Made by a program: the position numbers and the translations under genes. The notes beneath the pieces were generated by a model. It was given only the letters and a program-made list of their open reading frames with translations. It ran no database searches and was not told the DNA's origin. From Dehalococcoidia bacterium (lineage in GTDB: Bacteria > Chloroflexota > Dehalococcoidia > UBA6926): a stretch of DNA of 64,000 bases. Positions 55,923 to 64,000 of the stretch are shown piece by piece. Location of the stretch: assembly GCA_963666115.2 (NCBI GenBank), contig CAXXET010000006.1, forward strand, positions 512,001 to 576,000, read 5' to 3'. Within the stretch, counting starts at the first letter, position 1; each line of letters starts with the position of its first letter.

Positions 55923-56963
55923 ATGAGCATTCGGGCGGGGATTATCAATGTTACGGGGTATGCGGGGATGGAGCTTGCGCGGATTTTGCGCGGGCATTCC
56001 GACGTGGAGTTGACCGCCGTCACGGGCCGATCCGCCGCCGGCGAGCAGCTCGACGAGTACCTGCCGCACCTGGACAAGATGGAGCTGCCCATCGTCGAGC
56101 AGGATGAGCTCGATGACGTGGACGTGGCGTTCTCCGCACTGCCGCACAAGGCGTCGGCGGAGGCGTGCGTGGCGATGCTGGGCAAGAATGCGCGCGTCGT
56201 CGATATCGCCGCCGATTTCCGGCTGCACAACGTGGAGGAGTACGAGGCGTGGTACCAGCCGCACCCCGCGCCCTCTTTCCTTGAAGAGGCGGTCTACGGC
56301 CTGCCGGAACTGCACCGCGACGCGATCAGAGAGGCGCGGCTTGTCGCCAACCCGGGCTGCTATCCGACGGGCGCGCTGCTCGGACTCGCGCCCCTTGTTA
56401 AGGAAAGGCTGATCGAGCCGAACGTGATCGTTGATTCAAAATCGGGCGTGTCCGGCGCGGGGCGGTCGCTCAGCCAGACCGTCCATTTCTCCGAGGTGAA
56501 CGAGAACGTGTCCGCCTACGGGCTGTCCGGCCATCGCCACCTGCCGGAGATCACGCAGGAGCTGGCGGAGATCGACCCGTCGCAGAAGTGGAACGTCACG
56601 TTCACGCCGCACCTAATTCCGATGACGCGCGGCATCCTGAGCACCATCTACGTGACGCCATCGGACGACCGCCTGCCAGCGTCTCCTGAGGGGGCGCAGC
56701 GCCTGCGCGACCTCTTTGCGGACTACTACGCCGCCGAGCCGTTCGTGCGCGTGACGCAGAAGCCGCCGCAGACCAAGCAGACGTCCGGCAGCAACTTCAC
56801 ACAGGTCTACCCGGTGATCGATCAGCGGACGGGGCGGATCATCATCGTGACGGCGCTGGACAACCTTGTTAAGGGGGCGGCGGGGCAGGCGATCCAGAAC
56901 ATGAACCTGATGTTTGGGGCCCCAGAGACAGAGGGGCTGGAGGAGTTCGCGCTGTTTCCCTAG
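55923..56963 (+). CDS. argC: N-acetyl-gamma-glutamyl-phosphate reductase
   Basis: TGYAG, ANPGCYPT, SGVSGAG, HRHLPEI, DNLVKGAAGQA. Confidence 0.96.
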   Translation: MSIRAGIINVTGYAGMELARILRGHSDVELTAVTGRSAAGEQLDEYLPHLDKMELPIVEQDELDDVDVAFSALPHKASAEACVAMLGKNARVVDIAADFRLHNVEEYEAWYQPHPAPSFLEEAVYGLPELHRDAIREARLVANPGCYPTGALLGLAPLVKERLIEPNVIVDSKSGVSGAGRSLSQTVHFSEVNENVSAYGLSGHRHLPEITQELAEIDPSQKWNVTFTPHLIPMTRGILSTIYVTPSDDRLPASPEGAQRLRDLFADYYAAEPFVRVTQKPPQTKQTSGSNFTQVYPVIDQRTGRIIIVTALDNLVKGAAGQAIQNMNLMFGAPETEGLEEFALFP

Positions 56964-57715
56964 AGCGCCGTTGCGATCCAGAGGTATTGGCTGATTGGGC
57001 CGTCTGCGACGGGGTAGTTGAGTCGTTCCACGCTGAAACCGGCTTCCTTGATTAGGCGCCGCCACGTGTCAACGGGGAAGAGTCCCGTCGTGTGGTGGTC
57101 GAGCTCCATGCGGCGCTCGCCGTTTTCCGTGATGACGAACAGGAACGACGATTGCAGCAGGGACGGGTCGTTGACGTCCGGCGACGAGTATTCGATATAG
57201 GTGAGTTCGCGGTCGTCGCGGCGGTGCGTGCGATGGTTGACATAGGGCCAGACGGGTCGGTCGATGTAGTGGTCCGGCATCGTGATGAACACGCCGCCCG
57301 GCTCAAGGTGCGCGCGGGCAGTGGCGAACGCGGCGGCCAGATCATCCTCTGACGTCATGTAGGCGATGGCGTCGTGGATCAGGACAACATCAAAGGTTTG
57401 TCCCAGGCGGATCGAGCGCATATCGCCGACGACGTGCTCAACGTCCGGGTTTAGGCGGCGGGCGTTTTCGAGCATTGAGTCGGACAGGTCGACGGCGGTC
57501 ACGTCCAGGATGTCCGTGAGGTGGGAGATGAAGTGGCCGCCGCCCGTGCCGAGTTCCAGGGCGCTTACAGGGCGATTGTGGATGCGCGTCAGGATCTGGT
57601 TGCGCCAGTGGGGCGCCTCGTCGGCGTACTCCTCCGGCGGGCTCATCAACGGCCAGAGATACGCGAGATCGCCGTAGAGGCGGTGGCTTTCCTCGCTGCC
57701 AAGGCGGTGTGTCAT
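56960..57715 (-). CDS. Class I SAM-dependent methyltransferase
   Basis: LELGTGGG, VDLS, GDMR, FDVV. Confidence 0.88.
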   Translation of the reverse strand: MTHRLGSEESHRLYGDLAYLWPLMSPPEEYADEAPHWRNQILTRIHNRPVSALELGTGGGHFISHLTDILDVTAVDLSDSMLENARRLNPDVEHVVGDMRSIRLGQTFDVVLIHDAIAYMTSEDDLAAAFATARAHLEPGGVFITMPDHYIDRPVWPYVNHRTHRRDDRELTYIEYSSPDVNDPSLLQSSFLFVITENGERRMELDHHTTGLFPVDTWRRLIKEAGFSVERLNYPVADGPISQYLWIATAL

Positions 57716-58182
57716 TCTGCCGGCTGCGCGGCCAGGTAGTTGGCGAGCGCGCGGTAGTCCTTGCGGATGGAGCGGGCCATGAATCGCGCGGTGAGATGGC
57801 CAATGAACTCCATGACCTTGTTGAGGCCCGTGATTTCGCCGTGCATGGACATGCTCGTGCCGCCGGTGTCCTCGTCCTCCTCCAGGTGGTAGAAGAACGT
57901 GTACCGGCCGCTGCCGCTGCTGCCCTGCGAGCCGTCGACGGTCAGTTCCAGCATCTCCGGCGGCTCGAAGATGGTCACCTGGAAGCGCTCCGTGGCGTCG
58001 CGGAAGAACATGCGGCGGGTCTCCTCGAAAACCGTTCCCACCCCAAAGTCGCCCTCGGAGAGGACCTTGACCTCCTTGAGGTTAGGCATCCAGTCGATCA
58101 ATGCGTTGACGTTGGTCAGGGCGTCAAAGACCTTTTGCGGGGGCGCGTCGAAATGGATTTCAATGTTGAACTCAATTGACAT
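57712..58182 (-). CDS. SRPBCC/START family protein
   Basis: APPQKVFDALT...WMP, GVGT.F. Confidence 0.85.
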   Translation of the reverse strand: MSIEFNIEIHFDAPPQKVFDALTNVNALIDWMPNLKEVKVLSEGDFGVGTVFEETRRMFFRDATERFQVTIFEPPEMLELTVDGSQGSSGSGRYTFFYHLEEDEDTGGTSMSMHGEITGLNKVMEFIGHLTARFMARSIRKDYRALANYLAAQPAE

Positions 58183-58279
58183 GACGCCACTCCCGTCTCG
58201 TTTATGCCCACCCACGCTGCGGGCTCCGTTGTTATTGTAGTGGGGCGGGCAAGGAATTAAGAGGGATTAGGGGGAGACG

Positions 58280-59119
58280 ATGGCGGCGCAGATGATCACG
58301 GCAAACGGAATTGCACAATGCTACGAGACAGCGGGGCCGGAGGGGGCGCCGTGGGTGACGCTGGTTCACGGCTCCGGCGACAACCGCAACGGGTGGTGGC
58401 TCCAGGTTCCGGCGCTTGCGGAGTCGTTCCGCGTGCTCACGTATGACGTGCGCGGGCACGGCGACACCGAGACGCCGGAATCCGATTCGCTGAGCCAGAT
58501 GACGTTCGTGGAAGATCTCGCGGGGCTGCTGGACGGCCTCGGCATCGAGCGCACGGCGTTGATCGGTTACTCGATGGGCGGCGGTATTGTGCGTAACTTT
58601 GCCGCGACGCACCCGAATCGTGTGTGGGGGGCGGTGATCTCCAACGGCGGCAGGCTCGACCCTCCGCCACCGGCGAACGAGGAGGAGGCAAGGGCGGCGC
58701 AGGCGATGCGGGATGAGCGGATTGCCGGGATTCGCGCGGGCGGCATGGACTTCGTGTTCGAGGGGTGGCGCGAGCAGGTGTACACGCCGGAGTTCCGTGA
58801 GGCGCGGCCGCAGATCGTGGATGCCCACTATGCGATCACGACGGCCAACGACCCTGAGAAGTACATCCGCGTGATGGCCGGCATGGGCGGCCCGTCCGGG
58901 GTGGACGTGGCGAACATCACGTCGCCCACGCTGATCATCGTTGGGGCAGGGGACCAGTACACGGGGCCGGAGGCGGCGCGGGCGCTTGCTGCGGCGATGA
59001 CGGGCACGCAGGCGGGCGTGGAGGTGTTTCCGACGCGGCACGGCACGCCGTTCGAGCGGCACGAGGAATATAACCGGACGCTGCTCGCTTTTCTGAACGA
59101 GAACAAGCCGGCGAACTGA
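58280..59119 (+). CDS. Alpha/beta hydrolase (PcaD-like)
   Basis: LVHG, YDVRGHG, GYSMGG nucleophile elbow. Confidence 0.9.
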   Translation: MAAQMITANGIAQCYETAGPEGAPWVTLVHGSGDNRNGWWLQVPALAESFRVLTYDVRGHGDTETPESDSLSQMTFVEDLAGLLDGLGIERTALIGYSMGGGIVRNFAATHPNRVWGAVISNGGRLDPPPPANEEEARAAQAMRDERIAGIRAGGMDFVFEGWREQVYTPEFREARPQIVDAHYAITTANDPEKYIRVMAGMGGPSGVDVANITSPTLIIVGAGDQYTGPEAARALAAAMTGTQAGVEVFPTRHGTPFERHEEYNRTLLAFLNENKPAN

Positions 59120-59259
59120 CCGAGAGCAGCCAAGCGCCCACAGCCCTTGACCCTTGCAATCCGATGATTAGACTGGCCTGAATATCCGGCGCGGTGACGG
59201 ACGAAGCCGCGTTGGGGCGGTTATGCGCAGAGGTGAATCGCACGGGGAGGGCGTGAACC

Positions 59260-60219
59260 ATGTGGGCATACATTGTGCGCCGGCTTTTGCTGGCAATACC
59301 GACGCTGTTGGGAGTCACGGTCGTTGTCTTTCTGATCATGCGGATTGCGCCGGGCGACCTGGCGCTGATGATCATTTGCGGCACGGGCGAGAGCTGCGCT
59401 TTCGATGAGGCCGCGCTTGATCGCGTCCGCGAGGAGCTCGGTCTGAATAAGCCGCTCTACGTACAGTACTTCGACTGGCTATTTGGCCTCGTGACGCTGG
59501 ACTTCGGGCGGTCGTTCTTCTACAACGCGGAGATGTCAGAGCTGCTTGCGCGGAAGGCCCCGCTGAGCATTCAGGTTGGGCTGATGGGGTTGGTGTTCGG
59601 CAGCCTTTTGGGCATTGCGGGCGGTGTCATCGCGGCTCTCAAGCAGGACACGTTTACGGACTACTTCATTCGCGGCACGGCGATCCTGGGCATTTCCGTT
59701 CCTACATTCTGGAGCGGGATGATGCTGATCCTGATCTTCGTGCGGATGTTTGACTGGATTCCGCGGCAGGGCTACGTCCCGATCTGGGAAGACCCGATTG
59801 CCAACCTGGCGCAACTAGTTTGGCCTGCGCTGATCATCGGCCTCGGCTTCCTCATGGGAGTGCCGCTCCGCATGATGCGGGCAACGATGCTGGAGGTCAT
59901 GCGCGAGGACTATGTGCGCACGGCGCGGTCCAAGGGACTCAAGGAGCGGGTGATCATCGTTCGCCATGCAATGCGCAACGCTCTCATTCCCGTGCTCACG
60001 TTGATTGGGATATTCCTGCCGATCACGGTGACGGGACTGGTGGTGACAGAGCAGGTGTTTGGCCTGCCCGGCGTGGGGCGCATGATGGTGGACGCCATCA
60101 ACCAGCGGGACTACCCCGTCGTTCAACTGGTGGTCACCATGACGGGATTCGCGGTGGTGCTGGCGAACCTGGGCGTGGACATGCTGTACGGGTGGCTCGA
60201 TCCGCGGATCCGGTACTAG
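59260..60219 (+). CDS. Peptide/nickel ABC permease, DppB-type, copy 1
   Basis: YIVRRLL, EDYVRTARSKGL EAA motif, LDPRIRY. Confidence 0.93.
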   Translation: MWAYIVRRLLLAIPTLLGVTVVVFLIMRIAPGDLALMIICGTGESCAFDEAALDRVREELGLNKPLYVQYFDWLFGLVTLDFGRSFFYNAEMSELLARKAPLSIQVGLMGLVFGSLLGIAGGVIAALKQDTFTDYFIRGTAILGISVPTFWSGMMLILIFVRMFDWIPRQGYVPIWEDPIANLAQLVWPALIIGLGFLMGVPLRMMRATMLEVMREDYVRTARSKGLKERVIIVRHAMRNALIPVLTLIGIFLPITVTGLVVTEQVFGLPGVGRMMVDAINQRDYPVVQLVVTMTGFAVVLANLGVDMLYGWLDPRIRY

Positions 60220-60263
60220 GGCGGTAGAATGCGGCAAAACGGGCGCGGCGGGCGCGCAAATGC

Positions 60264-60292
60264 TTGACATGGGTAGGGGGCATCCATAGCAT
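60264..60292 (+). promoter_or_regulatory. Sigma70-type promoter for the second DppB-type permease
   Basis: TTGACA-17 nt-TAGCAT. Confidence 0.65.
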
Positions 60293-60387
60293 GGTGCGAA
60301 ACGCGGGCAACGCGCCGGGGCGCAAGCAACGGCCCGAACGGCAATGACGCAGGCTGGCTTGTAGCCTACGGGGAGGGGCGAAAGCAG

Positions 60388-61347
60388 ATGTGGGCATATG
60401 TAATACGCCGCATATTATTGGCGGTGCCGACGATTCTTGGCGTGACCATCGTGGTCTTCCTGATCATGCGCATCGCGCCTGGCGACGTGGCCATCATGAT
60501 GCTTGGCGGCGGCGAAGGCGGCGGCGGAATCGATCCGGAGGCGCTGGAGAGAATCCGAACCGAGTTAGGCCTGAATAAACCGCTCTATGAGCAGTACCTG
60601 GGCTGGGTGTACGGGCTCCTCACCCTCGACTTTGGCAAGTCCTTCTTCTACAACGCCGACATGGATCGGCTGATTGCGAGGAAGGCTCCCCTTAGCCTCC
60701 AGGTTGGCGTGATGGGCCTCATCATCGGCAGCACTCTTGGGATCGCCGGCGGAGTTGTCGCCGCGCTCAAGCAGGACACATTCTTCGATTACCTCATTCG
60801 CGGCATCGCGATTCTCGGCATCTCCGTCCCGACGTTCTGGAGCGGCATGATGCTGATTCTCATCTTTGTCCGGGTGTTTGACTGGATTCCCCGGCAAGGG
60901 TACATCCCGATCTGGGAGGATCCGATTGCCAACCTGGCGCAGTTGATTTGGCCGGCGCTGATCATCGGCCTTGGATTCCTGATGGGCGTGCCGCTGCGCA
61001 TGATGCGCGCCACCATGCTTGAAGTCATGCGGGAGGACTACATCCGCACGGCGCGCGCGAAGGGCCTCAAGGAGCGGGTGATCATCGTGCGCCACGCCAT
61101 GCGGAACGCCTTGATCCCGGTGCTTACCCTGATCGGCATCTTCTTGCCCATCACGGTGACCGGCCTCGTCGTGACGGAGCAGGTCTTCGGCCTCCCGGGC
61201 ATTGGGCGCATGATGGTGGACTCCATAAACCAGCGAGATTTCCCGGTCGTTCAGCTCGTTGTGACGCTCACCGGCTTTGCCGTCGTCGCCGCGAACCTGG
61301 GCGTGGACCTGCTGTACGGTTGGCTTGATCCACGGATCCGGTACTAG
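60388..61347 (+). CDS. Peptide/nickel ABC permease, DppB-type, copy 2
   Basis: Same length (319 aa) and near-identical to copy 1. Confidence 0.93.
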   Translation: MWAYVIRRILLAVPTILGVTIVVFLIMRIAPGDVAIMMLGGGEGGGGIDPEALERIRTELGLNKPLYEQYLGWVYGLLTLDFGKSFFYNADMDRLIARKAPLSLQVGVMGLIIGSTLGIAGGVVAALKQDTFFDYLIRGIAILGISVPTFWSGMMLILIFVRVFDWIPRQGYIPIWEDPIANLAQLIWPALIIGLGFLMGVPLRMMRATMLEVMREDYIRTARAKGLKERVIIVRHAMRNALIPVLTLIGIFLPITVTGLVVTEQVFGLPGIGRMMVDSINQRDFPVVQLVVTLTGFAVVAANLGVDLLYGWLDPRIRY

Positions 61348-61430
61348 GCCGTCCGGCAGGCGTGTGAGAAGAGAACCAGCCACGTTCGGGCTGACAATCG
61401 AGTAGACGGTACTCAAGGGGAGCGATAGAA

Positions 61431-62366
61431 ATGGCGGCACAGACTGAAGCGGTCGCAGAGATCATCGGTCAACGGCGGCGGCGAAACATCCTGCAGCGCA
61501 ACTGGCTGCTGTGGAAGAGTCGGCCACTTGGATTGGTGGGATTGGGATTGGTCTTCATCCTGATTCTCATGGCGGCCACGGCGTCGCTCTGGGAGATTGC
61601 AACATCCGCCGCCTCGAACTATGACGGTTTTATCGAGTACCGCTATGCGTCCCAGATATCGGCTCAATTGGTTCCGCCGAACGCGGAGCATTGGTTGGGC
61701 GGTGACCGTTATGGACGTGATCTGTTCACCAGGATTGTCTTCGGGGCGCAGATCTCCCTGTACGTTGGCTTCGCGGTCGCGATGGGAGCGGGAACCATTG
61801 CCGGCATCCTCGGAATCACGAGCGCGTATTTCGGCGGCTGGGTTGACCTGCTGGGCCAGCGCCTCGTTGACGTTCTCCAGGCGTTCCCGGGCCTGATCCT
61901 TGCGATGGCCATTGTCGCCATCCTCCAGACCTTCAGCATCGAGGTCACGATCATCGCGATTTCAATTCCGGCGCTGCCTGCCATGATTCGCGTTGTGCGC
62001 GGGCAGGCATTGTCCATAACGAAGACGGACTACGTGCTGGCAGGCCGAACCATCGGCGCCAGCCACCTCCGCCTCATCTTCCGGTACATCATGCCCAACT
62101 CGATGGCGCCCTGGATCATCGTTGTGACCGGCCGCCTGGGCTCTGCAATCACGACCGAGGCATCCCTGAGCTTCCTCGGCTTGGGAGTCCCTGAACCGCA
62201 CCCGTCCTGGGGCGGCATGTTGAACGCCAGCGCGCTGGACTTTGCCGAGCTTGCTCCTCACATCATCGTGTTCCCCGGACTTGCTCTCAGCATGGCGGTC
62301 TTCGGGTTCAACGTGTTTGGCGACGCGCTGAGGGACGTGCTCGACCCGCGGCTGCGGGGACGCTGA
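61431..62366 (+). CDS. Peptide/nickel ABC permease, DppC-type
   Basis: HWLGGDRYGRD, EASLSFLGLG, GDALRDVLDPR. Confidence 0.93.
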   Translation: MAAQTEAVAEIIGQRRRRNILQRNWLLWKSRPLGLVGLGLVFILILMAATASLWEIATSAASNYDGFIEYRYASQISAQLVPPNAEHWLGGDRYGRDLFTRIVFGAQISLYVGFAVAMGAGTIAGILGITSAYFGGWVDLLGQRLVDVLQAFPGLILAMAIVAILQTFSIEVTIIAISIPALPAMIRVVRGQALSITKTDYVLAGRTIGASHLRLIFRYIMPNSMAPWIIVVTGRLGSAITTEASLSFLGLGVPEPHPSWGGMLNASALDFAELAPHIIVFPGLALSMAVFGFNVFGDALRDVLDPRLRGR

Positions 62367-62376
62367 TTCCCGGGGG

Positions 62377-63384
62377 ATGTTCTGGCTTGACCCCATGAAA
62401 TGGGCGGCAGTCCTCCTGGCGGTTGCCGCCGTGGGCATGGTCATCGTATCCGGTTGCGGCGGAGAGGTAACGTACACGATTTACTTCCAGTCCGATCGCA
62501 ACGGAAACTGGGACATCTACTCCGTCGAGCATGACGGCACAGGTGAGACGCAAGTCACCGACAACGTCCTCGATGACATCTATCCCGCCGTCAGCCCGGA
62601 CGGGTCCAAGCTGGCGTTCATCAGGCGTTCAGGCAATGCGACCGACATCATCCTGATGGACACGGACGGGGATGACGAGCAGAACCTGACGAACGGCCTC
62701 GTGAGCGGGACGGTTGAGTCGTTGACGTGGTACCCGGACGGGGAGCGCCTGCTCGTGGCGTTGTGGAGCATCGAGGTCGCGTCCGGGCGCCCGCAGCTCT
62801 ACTGGATGAGCGCGGATGGGATGGCTGCGGACGGGACGGGCATGAACCTGCTGGGACAGGACACCACGTATTCCTACCGGAATCCGCGCCTGAATATGGT
62901 CGGCGAGGAGATTGCGGTGTCGGCAAGCCTCTCACCCGACGCCGTTGACGTTCACGTGCTGGACAGCGACGGACGATTCATCCGCATCATTCCCCAAGAG
63001 ACATTCCTGAGGCCGACGGGAGAGTTCAGGGCGGCGAACGCGTCTGAGGATTACCCGGACTATGCCCCAAACGGCCGGGACGTCATCATGCAGTCGAACG
63101 CTTCTGCGGTTACGAATCCCAGCGACGCCATTCACCTCTGGTACGTTTCGTCACAGGGACGTCGGAGCGCGGACCGCACGCCGGAAGTTCCCTCTAACAA
63201 CATGCAACCGTCGTGGTCAACCGTGCTGGACGGGCAGACCATCGTGTTTGTGAGCGACCGCGACGGCAACGAGGAGATCTATCTGTGGAGCATGGCCGAC
63301 GGGGCTGAGCCGGTTCGCCTGACGGACAATCCCGCCGACGACTCGCACCCCAGTTGGCTCAAGAACGATCCCGACGCCGACTAG
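62377..63384 (+). CDS. TolB-like (PD40 repeat) lipoprotein
   Basis: VSGC lipobox, SDRNGN, SPDG, FVSDRDGNEEIY repeats. Confidence 0.85.
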   Translation: MFWLDPMKWAAVLLAVAAVGMVIVSGCGGEVTYTIYFQSDRNGNWDIYSVEHDGTGETQVTDNVLDDIYPAVSPDGSKLAFIRRSGNATDIILMDTDGDDEQNLTNGLVSGTVESLTWYPDGERLLVALWSIEVASGRPQLYWMSADGMAADGTGMNLLGQDTTYSYRNPRLNMVGEEIAVSASLSPDAVDVHVLDSDGRFIRIIPQETFLRPTGEFRAANASEDYPDYAPNGRDVIMQSNASAVTNPSDAIHLWYVSSQGRRSADRTPEVPSNNMQPSWSTVLDGQTIVFVSDRDGNEEIYLWSMADGAEPVRLTDNPADDSHPSWLKNDPDAD

Positions 63385-63399
63385 CCCCTGGGGTAGATG

Positions 63400-64000
63400 C
63401 TAGCGGTCTTCGCGGTTCCAGCGCGTTAGGCGGCGTTCAATGCCGTCAACCGCGTAGTAGACGCCCAGCCCAAGCAGGGCCATGGCGATGACGCCCGCGT
63501 ACATCTCCTCGTATGCCAGCCGTCCCCACGACTCGACGAGGATGTAGTAGCCCAGGCCCTGCCGCGTGCCGAAGCTCTCCACGAAGAACAGCACCGCTAT
63601 GGAGACGCCGGTGCTGAGCCGCAGCGCCGTGAAGAGGCCGGGCAGAGACGCCGGCACGAACACGTAGCGCATGAGCTGGAGCCGGTTCGCGCCGAGGGAG
63701 CGAACCGAGAGAATCAGTTCCGGGCGCACCGTTCGCACTTCGTCGCGCACGAGGATCAGTATCTGGAAGAAGAGGATGAGCGCGATCATCGTCACCTTGC
63801 TCGCGTCGCCCAGCCCCAAAAAGAGCAGGATGATCGGCAGCAGAACGATCTTGGGGATCGGGTAGCCGAGGTAGATGATCGGTGCTGAAAGGGCGTAGAG
63901 CCTGTTGTTCGTGCCCAGGATCAGACCCAGCGGCGCGGCGATGGCGATGGAGATGGCGATGGCCATGACGACGCGGTAGGCGCTGACCGCCGCATGTTCA
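63400..64000 (-). CDS. NitT/TauT family ABC permease, 5' end outside the window
   Basis: YPIPKIVLLP, RSLGA, PASLP. Confidence 0.88.
   Translation of the reverse strand, partial: EHAAVSAYRVVMAIAISIAIAAPLGLILGTNNRLYALSAPIIYLGYPIPKIVLLPIILLFLGLGDASKVTMIALILFFQILILVRDEVRTVRPELILSVRSLGANRLQLMRYVFVPASLPGLFTALRLSTGVSIAVLFFVESFGTRQGLGYYILVESWGRLAYEEMYAGVIAMALLGLGVYYAVDGIERRLTRWNREDR

Overview
GC-rich bacterial chromosome segment. The gene content (DUF3090/SCO1664 pair, TldD/TldE, paralogous acyl-CoA dehydrogenases, fused CaiB CoA-transferase, orphan Mo-hydroxylase, LRR, cadherin-like and FN3-like surface proteins, many TA modules) suggests a Chloroflexota/Dehalococcoidia (SAR202-like), possibly host-associated organism. 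That assignment is inference only. The backbone comprises pepA, plsY, proC, mutM, speD/speE, pcrA, rnd, tldD/pmbA, nth, argC, metal and peptide ABC transporters, three tRNAs (Asn, Phe, Gly) and an acyl-CoA catabolic cluster. It is repeatedly interrupted by 1-4 gene accessory cassettes (HicAB x2, HigBA, PaREP1/HEPN, HNH, PD-(D/E)XK, ATPase plus nuclease, MTase-HNH, LRR), several bounded by short REP-like repeats. The most notable unexplained signals are: (1) a ~280-450 nt minus-strand RNA structure with its own putative promoter, closed by a 16-bp perfect stem extended by G-U pairs, upstream of a small Arg-rich ORF (50338-51191); (2) a ~125-nt sRNA candidate with a perfect LexA-type box in its promoter (33558-33718); (3) three tandem surface proteins sharing a C-terminal sorting-like motif; (4) repeat-flanked single-gene cassettes with strand-asymmetric codon skew in the flanking genes. 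No CRISPR array, rRNA, integrase or transposase was seen.
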